The notes beneath the pieces are model-generated. The model was not told the DNA's origin and did no database searches. It saw only the letters and a list, made by a program, of their open reading frames with translations. From the NCBI GenBank assembly GCA_043228905.1, contig JBHGNT010000020.1, positions 5,580,001 through 5,644,000 on the forward strand: a stretch of 64,000 bases of DNA, read 5' to 3'. Of this stretch, positions 25,780-38,616 are shown in pieces. Within the stretch, counting starts at the first letter, position 1. The number at the start of each line of letters is the position of its first letter. The position numbers and the translations under genes were made by a program. The stretch comes from Azolla caroliniana. Its lineage: Eukaryota > Plantae > Polypodiophyta.

Positions 25780-26417
25780 CACAGACACGCAGAAGCGAGA
25801 AGGAGAGATATAGAACGGAACACTTGATTACAATAACAGTCGATTACAATATTCAGAGATTGCAAACTCTGACGGTTACAACCGGTGAGCCGGCGATGGA
25901 CCCGGCACGGGGTCCTACTCACGCACATCGACGACAGCCACACAACTCGAAGAAACAAGAGGGGAAAGGGGAAGGAGAGAGACTCTACTGGAAGCACACA
26001 GGCTGTCCACGAAGCAGAGGCAGCGAACTCCCGACACTTGCAGAGAACGACGATTTGAGGAGAGAGAGAGAGAGAAACCGGCACTCGGTTCTGCAGCAGC
26101 ACTTCGTCCTCGCCAATGCACGATTCCCCCCCCTCCCCCCCTCCCCCACCCTTTTTTCTCCCTTCTCTCCTCTCCTTAAATAGTTCCCAAAAGGGGATGC
26201 CCTTTCTCCCTAGTCAAATTGCTTTATTCCCTGTCTCTTCTGACAGAGATACGCACAATCCCCTAATAAATGTGTACTACTTAGTATTTACATCAGCCGA
26301 TCCATTTATGAATCATGTAAAAAATATCAAAATATCAATTCATGCGCCCATCTGTGTAAGAGCCGGTTCATGCGCCTTTTTCTCCGATTCCGCCTATGCC
26401 CGGTTTTCTTCGCGACA
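25651..26417 (-). repeat. B 3' LTR, with (GA)n at about 25714-25777
   Basis: TGTCGCG...CGCGACA inverted ends. 25910-26417 is repeated at 32096-32604. Confidence 0.93.
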
Positions 26418-26486
26418 TCCACCCCCACCAAACCGCGCATCCACCGGCATGCGCCAGATATAGGTAGATACCAAAGAAAACCGGCT

Positions 26487-29400
26487 TCACTCGTTGTTCT
26501 CCGATTCCTCGCCGGGGCCAAACTGATCGTCGTTGTCGCTCCCGCTCGCAGGCTCCGGCTTGTCTTCGAATCGCTTCTTGAACGCTTTGATCCGCTTCTC
26601 GGCCACCGACACTGCTAACCATGTCCCGTCAAGCTCCGCGAGGTGGTACGTGCTGTTGTTGTTCGCGCTCGTCACCGTGTAGGGCCCGAACCATCTCCTA
26701 GCGAACTTTTGCACCGCCTTGTGCTGATTGTCGAGGTTGTTGTCGTATACCAAGACCCAGTCGCCTTCCTCGATCTTCTTTGGAAACAACCGGTGCATCC
26801 TGTTGAACCGGGTCTTGTTCCGCTCCCTTGCCGCTCACAACTTTTCCTTCGCCCGTTTCACGTCCTCCAGCCTTCGCTCGAGTTGCCGAATCCGCGCCGC
26901 CAGCAACTCCTCCCGGCTCATCTCGTCCTTCCAACCTACCACCGCCCATGAAGAAACCATTCGTTCCACCGGCATGATCGGCTTTTGTCCGTACATCAGC
27001 TCTGCTAGCATAAACCCTGTCACCGAACTGTGCGTAGTTTGGTCCGCTCATAGTGCGTAAGGAAGGAGCCGCGGCCAATTCCCGACCTGCCCTCCGCATG
27101 CACGCACCAACGCCTTTACGATCGGCCCGTGCCCACGTTCTACCTTCCCGTTCGCCTCCGGATTGTACGCCGTAGTGAGGGAGAGTTTGACGCCTAGCCG
27201 GTCGAACAACTCTTCAACTTCCCGTGCATCCAGCTCTCCCCGGTCCGCCACGATCCTCCCGACCCACCCGTACCGACACACTACCTCTTCGATCAGGAAC
27301 CGGCATACCGCCGCGGTTGTCTTGTTCTGAAGTGCACGGCCTTCCACCTGGTTCGTTAAGTCTTCTCGCGGAAGCACCAGGTATCGGATCTGTCCTACTC
27401 TCATCGGCATCGTCACCAAGTCTACCATCCACTTGAAATAGACTGTAGGCAGGTAGGTCGGGTGTAGCTCGTCCCGATGTCGGACCACAGAGTGCATTTG
27501 ACAACTTTCGCAAGTCATTACGAACCGATGGACGTCCCGGTACAGCTCCGGCCACCAGTACTTCTCCTTCAGCTTCTCGAATGTGGCCCACGTTCCGGGT
27601 GCCCGGCCCAGGGACTCTTGTGAAATGCTGCCAGTAGTCCCCCCTGTTCTTCTTTCTTTGCCACTACTCGGAGTGGGATGCCGTTTTTCTTCTTTGGGTG
27701 CCTCCATATACACCCGTCCCGCAAGAAGAATCGATACGCCTTCTTCCGTACCCGGCTCGCCTCTTCTCTCGTCCACGCTACATCCGGCGTCATCACCCGT
27801 AGGAACCTCCCGATTTGAAGCCACTCCCCGTCATACCTGCTTTCGTCAAATTCGTTAAGCGCCGGAGTGTCCCCTTTCCTCGTCGTTACGTTAGCCGACC
27901 CGAAGAAGTCCTCGCCGACTTCTTCATCATCCGAAACCATGCCGTCTTCGCCGTTGAACCTCGCTCTCGAAAGCATGTCGGCCATGGCGTTATCCTTTCC
28001 GGAGATGTGCCGTATCTCCGGGTTCAGGGACTTAATGTACGCTATCCACCGGAGCATTGCTAGGTCCGGTGTCGCGCATCTGGAAACCATGCCGAGTATC
28101 GGCAGGCAGTCCGTCTCGATGATCATCTCCGTCCCGATCAGATAGTCCTTGTCGGCCTTGACTGCCGAAACGATACCCCAAAGCTCACGCTTAACTTGGA
28201 CATATCCTCGATGCCGCTCGCTCAATACCTTCGCCCCGAACCGGATTGGGAATCGAACGCCATCCTTGTCCTCCTGACTAATTACCCACCCGATCCCGGT
28301 CGAGCTCGTGTCCACTGTCACGCAGATGGGAACACCCTCGCCGTAAACTGCTTTACGGAGGGCTAGCGCTACCATAAGCGCCTCCTTTAGTCTCCGGACC
28401 GACTCCGTGTGCTCCGTCCTCCACTCGAACCCACGCCCTTTCCTCAATAGCCCGTAGAGATGCTCCGCAACATGCGCGTAGTGCGGAATCCAGATGTGGT
28501 AGAACGTGCATGCTCCCAAGAATCTGCGGACCTCCGTGACCGACCCACAATCGTCCCTCATCGCCGAGATGGCCTCCACCTTTGCCGGAGACGGTTTCCT
28601 ACCGTAGGGCCCGCATAGGTGTCTGACCACCAAGATCTCCGACTGCCCGAACGCCGATTTTTCTCCGGAGAAGGTGAGTCGTGCGTTTTCGAGCTTCTGC
28701 AGCACCTTCTCGCAGTCGTTGATGTTGTTCACGACGAACCTCCAGCATCCGTCTGGCCCGACAGTCTCGTCTGCGTCATCCACCGGACACCCCTTTATCG
28801 GGATGTCGTCCAAGAATTGCATGGTGACGTCCGGGATACAATCCCTGAGCACTTTGTTCATCGCGTTCACCATGTGAGCCACCGAGTTCGTCCCTCCTTG
28901 TGGTAGGGTACACATCCGCACTAGGCCGAGAGGAGTCCGCATCGTCGTAATGTCTCTGCTCTCCATGGCTAGTTGGAACTGATCGTACCCCGAGTACAGA
29001 TCACCGACAGAGTAAATCGACCTTCCGGCAAAGGCCTTCGCGAACTCGTCTATGGTCGGTCCGATTCCTGCATTACGGATGGTCACCTTGTTGACCGGTT
29101 GCAGGTCCTGAATGAAGCGTAGCGTGCCATTCTTCTTCGGCACCGTAAACCACCGATTCGAATACGAGGCGCTCAACGGTTCGAGGATGCCCATATCGAC
29201 CTTCTGTTTCAACAGCTCCATCAGCTTCGAGATGTGAGCTCTGGGTACCGGAATTGGTTTAAGGTTCCACGGCACGTGAGGTACCGTGAAGATCACCATC
29301 GGTTCCACAACTGTCGGGTCTACGCACCCGATCTCCTCTGGTGAGAACGCGAAAGGCTTCCCGTGCCTCCCGAGCATTCTTCGAAACCGGTTCTCTTCCG

Positions 29401-29953
29401 CCGGCAGTAGAAAGCCACCCCCACCAACCTTGAGCTCCTGTAGCGTTATGTCGGTGAACTGGTGCCCTATGCCAGTTGGATTTCGTAAACTCGGGTCCGA
29501 CGCGACCCCTTTTATCCGCTCCTCCCTGCCCTCTGGAAAGGGTGCCACTACTGGCCTCACCTTCCGGTCCACAATCTTGTACTTTGTATCCATGCGGGCC
29601 ATCCGATCCGACCCGATCCTTTCTCCGAAGTCTGCGATGACCTCGTACATTCCCATTGAACCTACCGGAACGGTCCGGTCTCCTCTAAGGTCTTCACCGA
29701 TCACCTTTCGCAGTTCGCCCAAGGTGTCCTCAAAAGAGACCGCCTCCACGGCGCCACAGACGTCTTCGTCGGGGGAGAGGACTCCGCATCCCTTGAGCCG
29801 CTCCTTTGCTCGCTTCCTCTCCCGGCCGCCGACGCCGGTTATAGTACAACCTCCATTGTCAGAGAACCAAAATTTCCTACCTATGGTACAGGTGTGGGGT
29901 TCTTTTGGTACGTCCGGACTACCGCGGCCCCACGCCTTGATAGCCCTCTCTAA
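26487..29953 (-). pseudogene. B pol (RT, RNase H, integrase), a few frameshifts
   Basis: 726-aa ORF with DLYSGYDQF, LPQGGTNS, FLDD and VTVDTS. INT has CESCQ, VADRGE, YNPEANGKVER and WFGPY. Confidence 0.93.
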
Positions 29954-29959
29954 AAATCC
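29894..29959 (-). promoter_or_regulatory. Putative -1 ribosomal frameshift signal, element B
   Basis: G GAT TTT TAG at 29959-29950. Stem GGGCTATC/GGTAGTCC and loop GTGGGG pairing with CCCCAC. The -1 frame is open into pol. Confidence 0.75.
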
Positions 29960-32059
29960 CCTCGGTTGTCGCCGCCGAGGGTCTTGCGATTCCTCTCATG
30001 GTTTGGACGTACGGTCATGAATTGGACGGAATGCCGATCGTCTTGGCTCTTGACGCGCGCATACGCCGAACCGTTGTCCAACACCTTTGTCTCCATGCGT
30101 GCTACCGTAATGTATGGTTCGCCGAGAATCACCGGGTGCGAGGATGTTTCTTGCACGAAGAAATGTTGATCTATCTCGACGTCACCGACCTTTATGCGTA
30201 TATTCGGGCATGCACCATGTAGCTCCTCCGTAGCACGCGTCGCCGCGCGTATCTTCCACCCATGCTTGGTGTTGATCGGCCATTTACCCCTCTTGTAGAA
30301 ATCCATGGACATAAGGTTGATTTCGGATCCATGGTCTACCAAGGCCACCACCGGTTCCGGAACGTTGCCGATCTGCACAAGGGTTTCCGTAGTCGCCCTG
30401 GCCCAATGCGGCTTCGCGTAATAGCTTTCCGCCAACTTGTCTTCTAGGGCCACGTCTTCTATGTGCGTAGTCCGCACCTCCACCGGCTTCTCCAGTTCTG
30501 GCTCCGTCGAGAGCCTCTTCCGCTTCACCAAGTCTACGATGGAGTCGTGGAACTCCCTCTTGGCGATTCCCAACACCTCCCGCAACGACAGCTCCACTTT
30601 ACTGTCGAGGATACGTTCGTCCATGACCTTTTGTAGGTTTGTGGTCCTTTCGATTTCGGTGCTCAACCGAAACCCGGCCTGCTTCTTTCCATCCGGCGCG
30701 CCTGGGTTGCCGGCACCGGTCGGTTTCGGTCCGAACCGGGTCTCATACCTCTGCGAGGGACCAACCCCTCCGACCTTTCCTGCCCATTTGTCCTCCACCA
30801 GAACCTCGTAGTTTTGGCAAGCGGCTTCTACGAAGCCCGTTTTCTCTTCGACCGGATCGTCCCAATCGGTGACCTCCTAGACCCTCTGCTCCGCGCGGTC
30901 CGCCTCTTCCTTCTTCAGCCGAACTCTGGAGAGGCCTTCTAGCACTAGCGTCCAGAATCCGGAGTCCTTCGCCTTCTGGGTCTCATCACCCCCGACACGA
31001 ATTCCCGCCAACACTGAGTAGTTAACTGCTTCAACGTGCCGTGCCGCGGCCTCTTCCATCAACCTCTTCATTCCGCCGCGCCCTGTATTTAGTTCTAGGG
31101 CTCTCCGGGTCTCGTTCGCGTGCACTAGCCCGTTCCAGAGGTACACTACGTTGGTCCTGAGCGCGTCGGTGAAATCTGCGCAATCCTTCCGAATGTGACC
31201 GATCGCGTCACACCACATATGCACCGCTGCCCAGCTGGCAGCCTCCGGTTGCGAGGTTCTTCGCCGCTGTCTCTCCGGACCTGTGTGATCTGCAGGTCGC
31301 ATACCATCTGGTCAGCTCCTCCAGAGCCACTCCTCCGGATGGGCCTCTGATCACGTCCTTCGATGCCGACCCCGACTCTGACTAGATTCGAGTCTCTTCC
31401 TTCCTACCGGCCGACACCGATATCGGCTCCTTGAGCCTCCTCATCGGGACCGGCCTTGACCTCGACGAGCTTTCGTCGCTCCAATCGCGCCATTTGTCGA
31501 AACGGCTGCAAACCCGTTTTACCACGGCCCAGTCTGTCGTGAGCCCTTCGTCCGTTTCCAATAGGGGACCCAGCTTTTCCCTGTCGAGCGCGTCCACCGA
31601 CTTGACAAACAATAGTACTTGACTCGTTTCGAGCACAGTTTGGTCCAGCGTCGACAGTCGTGTGAACTGTTTTTCGAACTCCTGGAGGAGCGCCGACGTG
31701 TTCCTCCCTTTTTCGGGGCTTTCCACCCACGCCATGAAGTCCCGCCTCGACAACCGAAGCGAGTCGTCAAACCCGTACTTCTCGAGGAGTTGCAGCTCGA
31801 ACTCCTCCCATGTCTGGCATCTGGCTAGCACCTCGAGCACCTCTGCGTGGATGCCCGGCGTCACCACCCGAGGGAATCCGGACAACCACCTGTCCACCGG
31901 GATATCCCTCCTGATCATTTCGGCCCGGTAAGCCTCCAAATAACTTGTGGCATCTTTCCCTCCGAACCGGCCTATAGAGCCGACGATCGATTCAATGGCT
32001 CTATCGAGGGTACCCCTCCCCTCACGAGTGCTTACCAGTCGGTCGACGGCTACCGCCAT
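29950..32059 (-). pseudogene. B gag-protease (disrupted)
   Basis: ORFs 31382-32059, 30877-31302 (MWCDAIGHIRKDC) and 29950-30798 (VALVDHGSEINL). Confidence 0.9.
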
Positions 32060-32920
32060 TGCCTCTGCTAGCTCTGATCCCCTCAGCTTTCGACAGGGTC
32101 CTACTCACGCACACCGACGACAGCCACACAACTCAAAGAAACAAGAGGGGAAAGGGGAAGGAGAGAGACTCTACTGGAAGCACACGGGCTGTCCACGAAG
32201 CAAAGGCAGCGAACTCCCGACACCTGCAGAGAACGACGATTTGAGGAGAGAGAGAGAGAGAGAGAGAGAGACCGGCACTCGGTTCTACAACAGCACTTCA
32301 TCCTCGCCAATGCGCGATTCCCCCCCCCTCCCCCCCCTTTTTTTCTCCCTTCTCTCCTCTCCTTAAATAGTTCCCAAAAGGGGATGCCCTTTCTCCCTAG
32401 TCAAATCGCTTTATTCCCTGTCTCTTCTGACAGAGATACGCACAATCCCCTAATAAATGTGTACTACTTAGTATTTACATCAGCCGATCCATTTATGAAT
32501 CATGTACAAAATATCAAAATATCAATTCATGCGCCCATCCGTGTAAGAGCCGGTTCATGCGCCTTTTTCTCCGATTCCGCCTATGCCCGGTTTTCTTCGC
32601 GACAACGGTGCCGATACCGGTTCTAAGAGCACACCTATCGAAGCTGATCGAGCTCTTAAAGGAGAAGGTGAATATGGGAATTCTGGAACCGTCGAATGCT
32701 CCTTATTCTAATAGGTGGTTCACGGTGCCAAAGAAGAATGGATCATTGCAATTCATCCAAGATCTTCAACCCGTCAACAAGCTGACAATTCAGAATGCTG
32801 GAATCGGTCTGAGCGTGGACGAATTTGCCGAAGCATTTGCGGGGTGGTCCATCTACTCCATTGGCGATCTCTACTCTGGATACGACTAATTCAAGTTGGC
32901 GATTGATAGTTGTGAGCTTA

Positions 32921-35900
32921 TGAAAAGACTGGCGTGCGGAAGCAATATAGGAAACCGAACAACAGAAAACGCAGGTTTAATGGAAAGCTTAGGTTTGCAC
33001 AGTACGCACGGGAGAGAGAGACAGAGAGAGTAAAACACAAAACTCTATTCAAAATAATACTCAATCTATACATCGTGTGTCTTCAATGAACACTTTTATA
33101 CAAGTCCTTTTTGGACTGACAGAAGTACTAACAATACTTCAATGCTCATTAAGGAGCCCCTACACCAACTCCCAAATATATTCCTTGCGGAATATCTTTC
33201 TAATGGCCTCATGGTTTCTGCACCGATCCGGCCTTCCTACGCACCGGTCTGCGTACTGGTACCGATCCGGCCTAACTGATCGGTCCCAACCGATCCGGTC
33301 CTCGTCTTGCTCAACTGATCCGGCCGATGTTGAGCTTATCTCTCAACACTCCCCCTCAAGCTCAACTTGAGGCTCTTCGGGATCTTTTGGGTCACAGCTC
33401 CGGTTCCTCTTGGCTCCACGCCTCGCTCGCGCTCCTTGGCCTGTTCGACTCCGCGCGCTTTGACGCTTCCGGTCAGCTTGTCTGCTCCCACGGCCCTTCA
33501 CAGCTCCCTTGTTGTCGCGGTGTTGGCGCTTCTCTTGCTGCCTTCTATTCCACTTGGGCCTCGGTTGATTCAGTGTGTCCGAATCAAACATCCGAACCGA
33601 CTCGGCTACCTCCGATCAGTTTTCGCTCTCGTCCAAGTTGGTTGTCTCCAACTCGTCTTTGGTCTTCTTGCCCTTGACGGCATCATCTCCCCCATGCTTG
33701 GTTGGCTTCAGCTCTTTCTTTCGGCAGCTCCCCTTATGTTCGCTTTTGGACTCTTCCGCGGATCCGCCCTCGGCTTCTTCAGCCGATCCGAAGTCAAATT
33801 CATCATCTGACTCGGCGTCTCTCCCACTCAAGTTCGGCACGTCAAGGTGACGCAACCCAAGCGCACCCGAGAATTGCCGCAACTTGTCCAAACCAAGGGG
33901 CTTGGTGAAGATGTTGGCGTGTTGCTGATCCGTCGGAACATACTGAAGTTCGACTTCACCAGAAAGGACACGCTCACGGACAAAATGGTAGTGCACCTCA
34001 ATGTGCTTGGTTCGTGCGTGGAAAACGGGGTTCTTCGCGAGCTGGATGCTGTTGAGGTTGTCGCAGTAGATTGTCGTCGGATCAGACACCTCTTGCAGGT
34101 CCTTAAGTAGCCGCTTCAATCATATGGGTTCGCATGTCGCGACAACTGCTCCTCTATACTCGGCTTCGGTGCTCGATAGTGCAACTATCGGCTGCTTCTT
34201 GCTGCTCCACGCTATCGCGACGCTCCCAAGAGAGAATGTGTATCCGGACGTGGATCGACGATTGACGGCGTTCCTAGCCCAATCAACATCGGTGTAGCTG
34301 ACCAACTGCGAGGCTGTACCGGTCCGATATAGCAATCCCCAGTCCTTAGTGCCGCTTATGTACCGTAGTACGCATTGCGCACACTGAAGGTGCTCCTCAG
34401 TAGGACGCGCCATGAACTGACTGATCACCCCGACCGGATAACTGAGATCGGGTCAGGTGACTGTCAAGTAGATTAGGCTTCCGACAATTTGTCGGAACCT
34501 CGTTGGGTCGCATACCTTTCCGGAGTTGGGGCGAAGCTTGACGGTTCTATCCAGAGGAGTCGAGACGGACTTACAGTCTGCCATCCCGAATTTGAAGAAC
34601 ATATTCAACGCGTAATGACGTTGGCTGATCAGTATGCCTTCGGGGGTGCGGATCACTTCGATCTCGAGGAAGTAATGAAGGTCCCCCAGATCCTTCATGT
34701 CGAACGATGCCGCGAGTTGGAGCTTCATGCGGTCTATCTCACCTAGGTCGGCGCCGATGATGACCAAGCCATCAACATAAAGTTAAATACTAACTGGCCT
34801 GAGTCGACCTTTCTAGATGAATAGTGAGGAGTCCTATTTCGACGTCGCAAAGCCCATCCGACGCAGTTGCTGCGTGATCTTCGCGTTCCAGGCACGCGGG
34901 GCTTGCTTTAGTCCATAGAGGGACTTCTTCAATCGGCACACTGTCGAGGTGTTCGTTCCGGAGTGAAATCCGGGGGGTTGTACCATGTACACTTATTCCT
35001 CAAGCTCACCTTGCACGAACACATTCTTTACATCCATCTGATGTAAGTGCGACCCCTTTGCCGCAGCTACCGCAAGCAAAACACCGACGGTCGTCATCTT
35101 CGCGACCGGTGCAAACGTCTCATCGTAGTCGATGCCGTGTTTCTGAGCGTAGCCTTTTGCCACTAACCGGGCCTTGTATCAGTTGACCAAGCCGTCAGTG
35201 TCGTACTTTACCTTGTACACCCACCTACATCTGATCGGCTTCACACCCTTTGGTGCATCAACCAGGTCCCAGGTCTCGTTTTCCGCCAATGTGTGCATCT
35301 CCTCCTCCATCGCGGCGCGCCAATTCACGTCCTTAGCCGCTTCTACGTAGCTCTCCGGCTCACACACTTCCGCTACACGGGTCATGTACGCATAATGATG
35401 CGCCATGTACTCATTGTATCCGAACGGTACAACTGGGTTCTTCTGGTGGGTAGATCGGCGTAATCGGTCATTAGCCGATGTCGAGGTCTTCTCGGCCGAC
35501 GCGGACTTCGCTCTTGAAGACCCGTCACCGCTTCCCTCGGAGTTGGACTCGCGTCGGTCTGACTCGTTCCTATCCGTGCCGGAATCCGACACCTTCTTCT
35601 TCCCTTTCTCTTTGGGCGTAAGCCGTCTCCTCAGCTTCCTGCATGGGGACTGCACGACCGAGTCTCCACTACTCGCCGGCTCTTCATCAGATTGGTCGGA
35701 CCGACTCAGTCGTCCATTCGGTCCACTTAACCAAAACGAACTCGGACTCTCTTCGCGGGTCCCGATTTCAGGCTCCTCCAGAGGCATCTCAGCCTCACTG
35801 GCCTCATCGTCAGAACTCGGATTGGAGGTGAGGTCCGGAGTTAGAGGCAAGTACCAGGATGCGGACTCGTCAAACACAACGTCACGACTCACGTGCGCTT

Positions 35901-38616
35901 GTTTGGTGCGCAGGTTATAACATTTATAACCCTTATGCTCGTCCGAGTAAACAACCAAGATACATTTCTCGGCCTTTGCGTCCAACTTTCTTCGTTTCTC
36001 CTTCGGCACATGCACATATGCAATGCTACCGAAAACTCTCAAGTGTCATAAATTCGGCTTCCTTCCGAAATATAGCTCATGCGCCGACACTTTGTCTCCT
36101 ATCCGGTTCTAGATGTATATCGCGGTCCTTACCGCCTCGGCCCAAGAGAACTTGGGCAAGCTCTTCTCCTCCAGCATTGCCCGTGCCGCTTCCCCAACTG
36201 ACCGATTTTTCCTCTCAGCCACGCCGTTTTGCTCCGGCGTGTATCTTCGACTAAATTCGCGCCGAATTCCCATATGTTGTAGATAACCATTGAATTGACC
36301 GGAAAAGTTTTCTTTTCCGCCATCTGACCGTAGGCACCTAATCTTTCTTCCTATTTCCGTTTCCACGAACCCTTTGAGGACCCGGAAACAGTCGAAGACT
36401 TCACTCTTCCTCTCAATGAGGTAGATCCGCGTGTGCTGCATGTAGTCGTTGATGAAAGAGACAAAATATCGGCTCCCGCCAAGACTAACGTTTTGTGTCG
36501 GCCCCCACACATCGGAGTGTATCAAGTTGAGCTTGTTCCGACTCCGGTTATGCTCGTTGGGGAAAGGAAGTCGGTGTTTCTTCCCTAGCTGGCAGGCTTC
36601 ACAATTTTGTGCCTTCCAGCCACTAAATTTGGGCAAACCGAACACCATTTGTTTCGATTGCAGGTCTTGAAGCCGCTGGTAGTTGACGTGGCCTATCCGC
36701 TTGTGCCATAAGTCGATGTCCGACACGACCTTTTGTCCCTTCGCGAACATTGCGGTTCCACCGTCAATAGAGTCGAGGATGAACATCCTCCCATCTCTGC
36801 GCCCTTGCGCAATAACACGGCCTTCTTCCTCAATGAAGCACCTGAGGTGTGTAAACCGGACCTCCATCCCTTGGTCAACGATCTGTCCGACCGACACCAA
36901 GTTCTTCATGATTGTCGGAACGTGTAGCACGTTCATGAGTTTCCCTTTCGTCCCGACATGGCTCAGGGGAACTTCCCCGACATTCGCGATCGGATGCAGA
37001 GTGTAGTCTCCGGTTGCGACTACTCCCGGTTGCATCAGTTTTTCTAGGTACGAGAATCACTCCTTATGGCTCGTCATGTGATTTGATGCGCTGGAGTCGA
37101 CGTACCACACCTCATCCGATTTCAGGGTGGTCTGCTTCATTGAGTTTGCTTCGTGTCTCGTCACGAAGGCAGACCCTTTTCCGGCTTTTCCGGATCCTTC
37201 GGCGTAGTGCGATAGCTGCCGGTTTCCTTTGTCGGTATGTCCTGAACCGGTCTTCTTCGACTCGACGTGCTTTTTCCAGCACTCGCTCTCCCTGTGGCCT
37301 TTCTTGCCATAGTACCAACATTCCGTGGCGGGTTTCCCTTGCCGGTTCTCATCGCCTCGACTCCCCCTGTTTCCGGAGGGTCCGGAATTGCTATCTGCAT
37401 CATTTCGGTGCCTCCTTCCTTGATCTCGTCGGCCGCCTCCATCGCGCACCGACTCGCCTCGTCCTCCACATCCACGGGGCCTATCTCCCTCCGTGTACAA
37501 CATCTTGTTGTCGGTGTGCGTGCTCATTGACGCTCCCGCGTGATTCTCCTCTACCAGGAGCATCGACTGTAAGACGAAAAAGGACGGCGTATTCTCCTAG
37601 GTACACACAGCAGTTCGGAACGCCCCGAACTTTGACACCAAACCCCCGAGACAGACCTAGACCATCTCGCTTTCCTCGATGTTCACATCGATGGAAGCTA
37701 AGGAGTCGCATATGTCCTTGATCTTCGAGGTATAGTCAGCCACCGACAAATTGCGTTGTCGTAGGTTGCTCAACTCCTGTCGGAGCTTAAGCTTCCTGGC
37801 TGTGGTGCTCGCAGCGAAGATCTTCTTCAGATTTTCCCACACCCCTCGGTGTTTTTGCATCTCGAACGTAGCTTAATAGTTGTTCGCCCACACAAGACGC
37901 GAAATAGTACAACACTCTGCTCGCCGATTGTTCCCACCCCGGGAAGTCTTTGTGTGTCGATTCGGGTGCCGCATCATTCGCTCCTTCGACATAGCTCCAG
38001 TAACCGTGCCCAAGCAGGTACTCGTGCATCTTGTAGGACCAAGATGCGTAGTTGGTTCTATCGAGCTTCTCCATCGGAAGTGAGCTAGCCATTCCTCTGT
38101 CCATCGGTTTTCTTGTTCTTCTTCCTTGGTTTTTCCTTCAAGCAAAGTCGGCTATAGAGGTTCTCAACCCTCGTGCTCTGATACCATGAAAGGAATGGCG
38201 TGCAGAAGCAATATAGGAAACTGAACAACAGAAAACGCAGGTTTAATGGAAATCTTAGGTTTGCACAGTACGCACGGGAGAGACAGAGACAGAGAGAGTA
38301 AAACACAAAACTCTATTCAAAATAATACTCAATCTATACATCGTGTGTGTTCAATGAACAATTTTATACAAGTCCTTTTTGGACTGATAAAAGTACTGAC
38401 AGTACTTCAATGCTCATTAAGGAGCCCCTACACTAACTCCCAAATATATTCCTTGCGGAATATCTTTCCGATGGGCTCACGGTTTCTGCACCGATCTAGC
38501 CTTCCTACGCACCGGTCTGCATACCGGTACCGATCCAGCCTAACCGATCGGTCCCAACCGATCTGGTCCTCGGCTTGCTCAGCCGATCCGGCCGATGTTG
38601 AGCTTGTCTCTCAACA
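32921..38616 (-). mobile_element. Ty1/copia family C1, copy b, inserted in the RT of A
   Basis: LTRs 32921-33348 and 38187-38616. PBS at 38175-38186 and PPT at 33349-33360. Gag ATG at 38104, protease WYVDSSASNHM, INT, RT and RH fragments. The TSD is eroded (GCTTA/CATTA). Confidence 0.94.

Larger units (their letters stand above)
25651..32604 (-). mobile_element. Ty3/gypsy element B (same lineage as A), inserted in A pol
   Basis: 3' LTR 25651-26417. The 5' LTR at about 32096-32604 has lost its inner part, the PBS and the gag start. PPT at 26418-26430. 4-bp TSD ACAG/ACGG. Confidence 0.93.
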
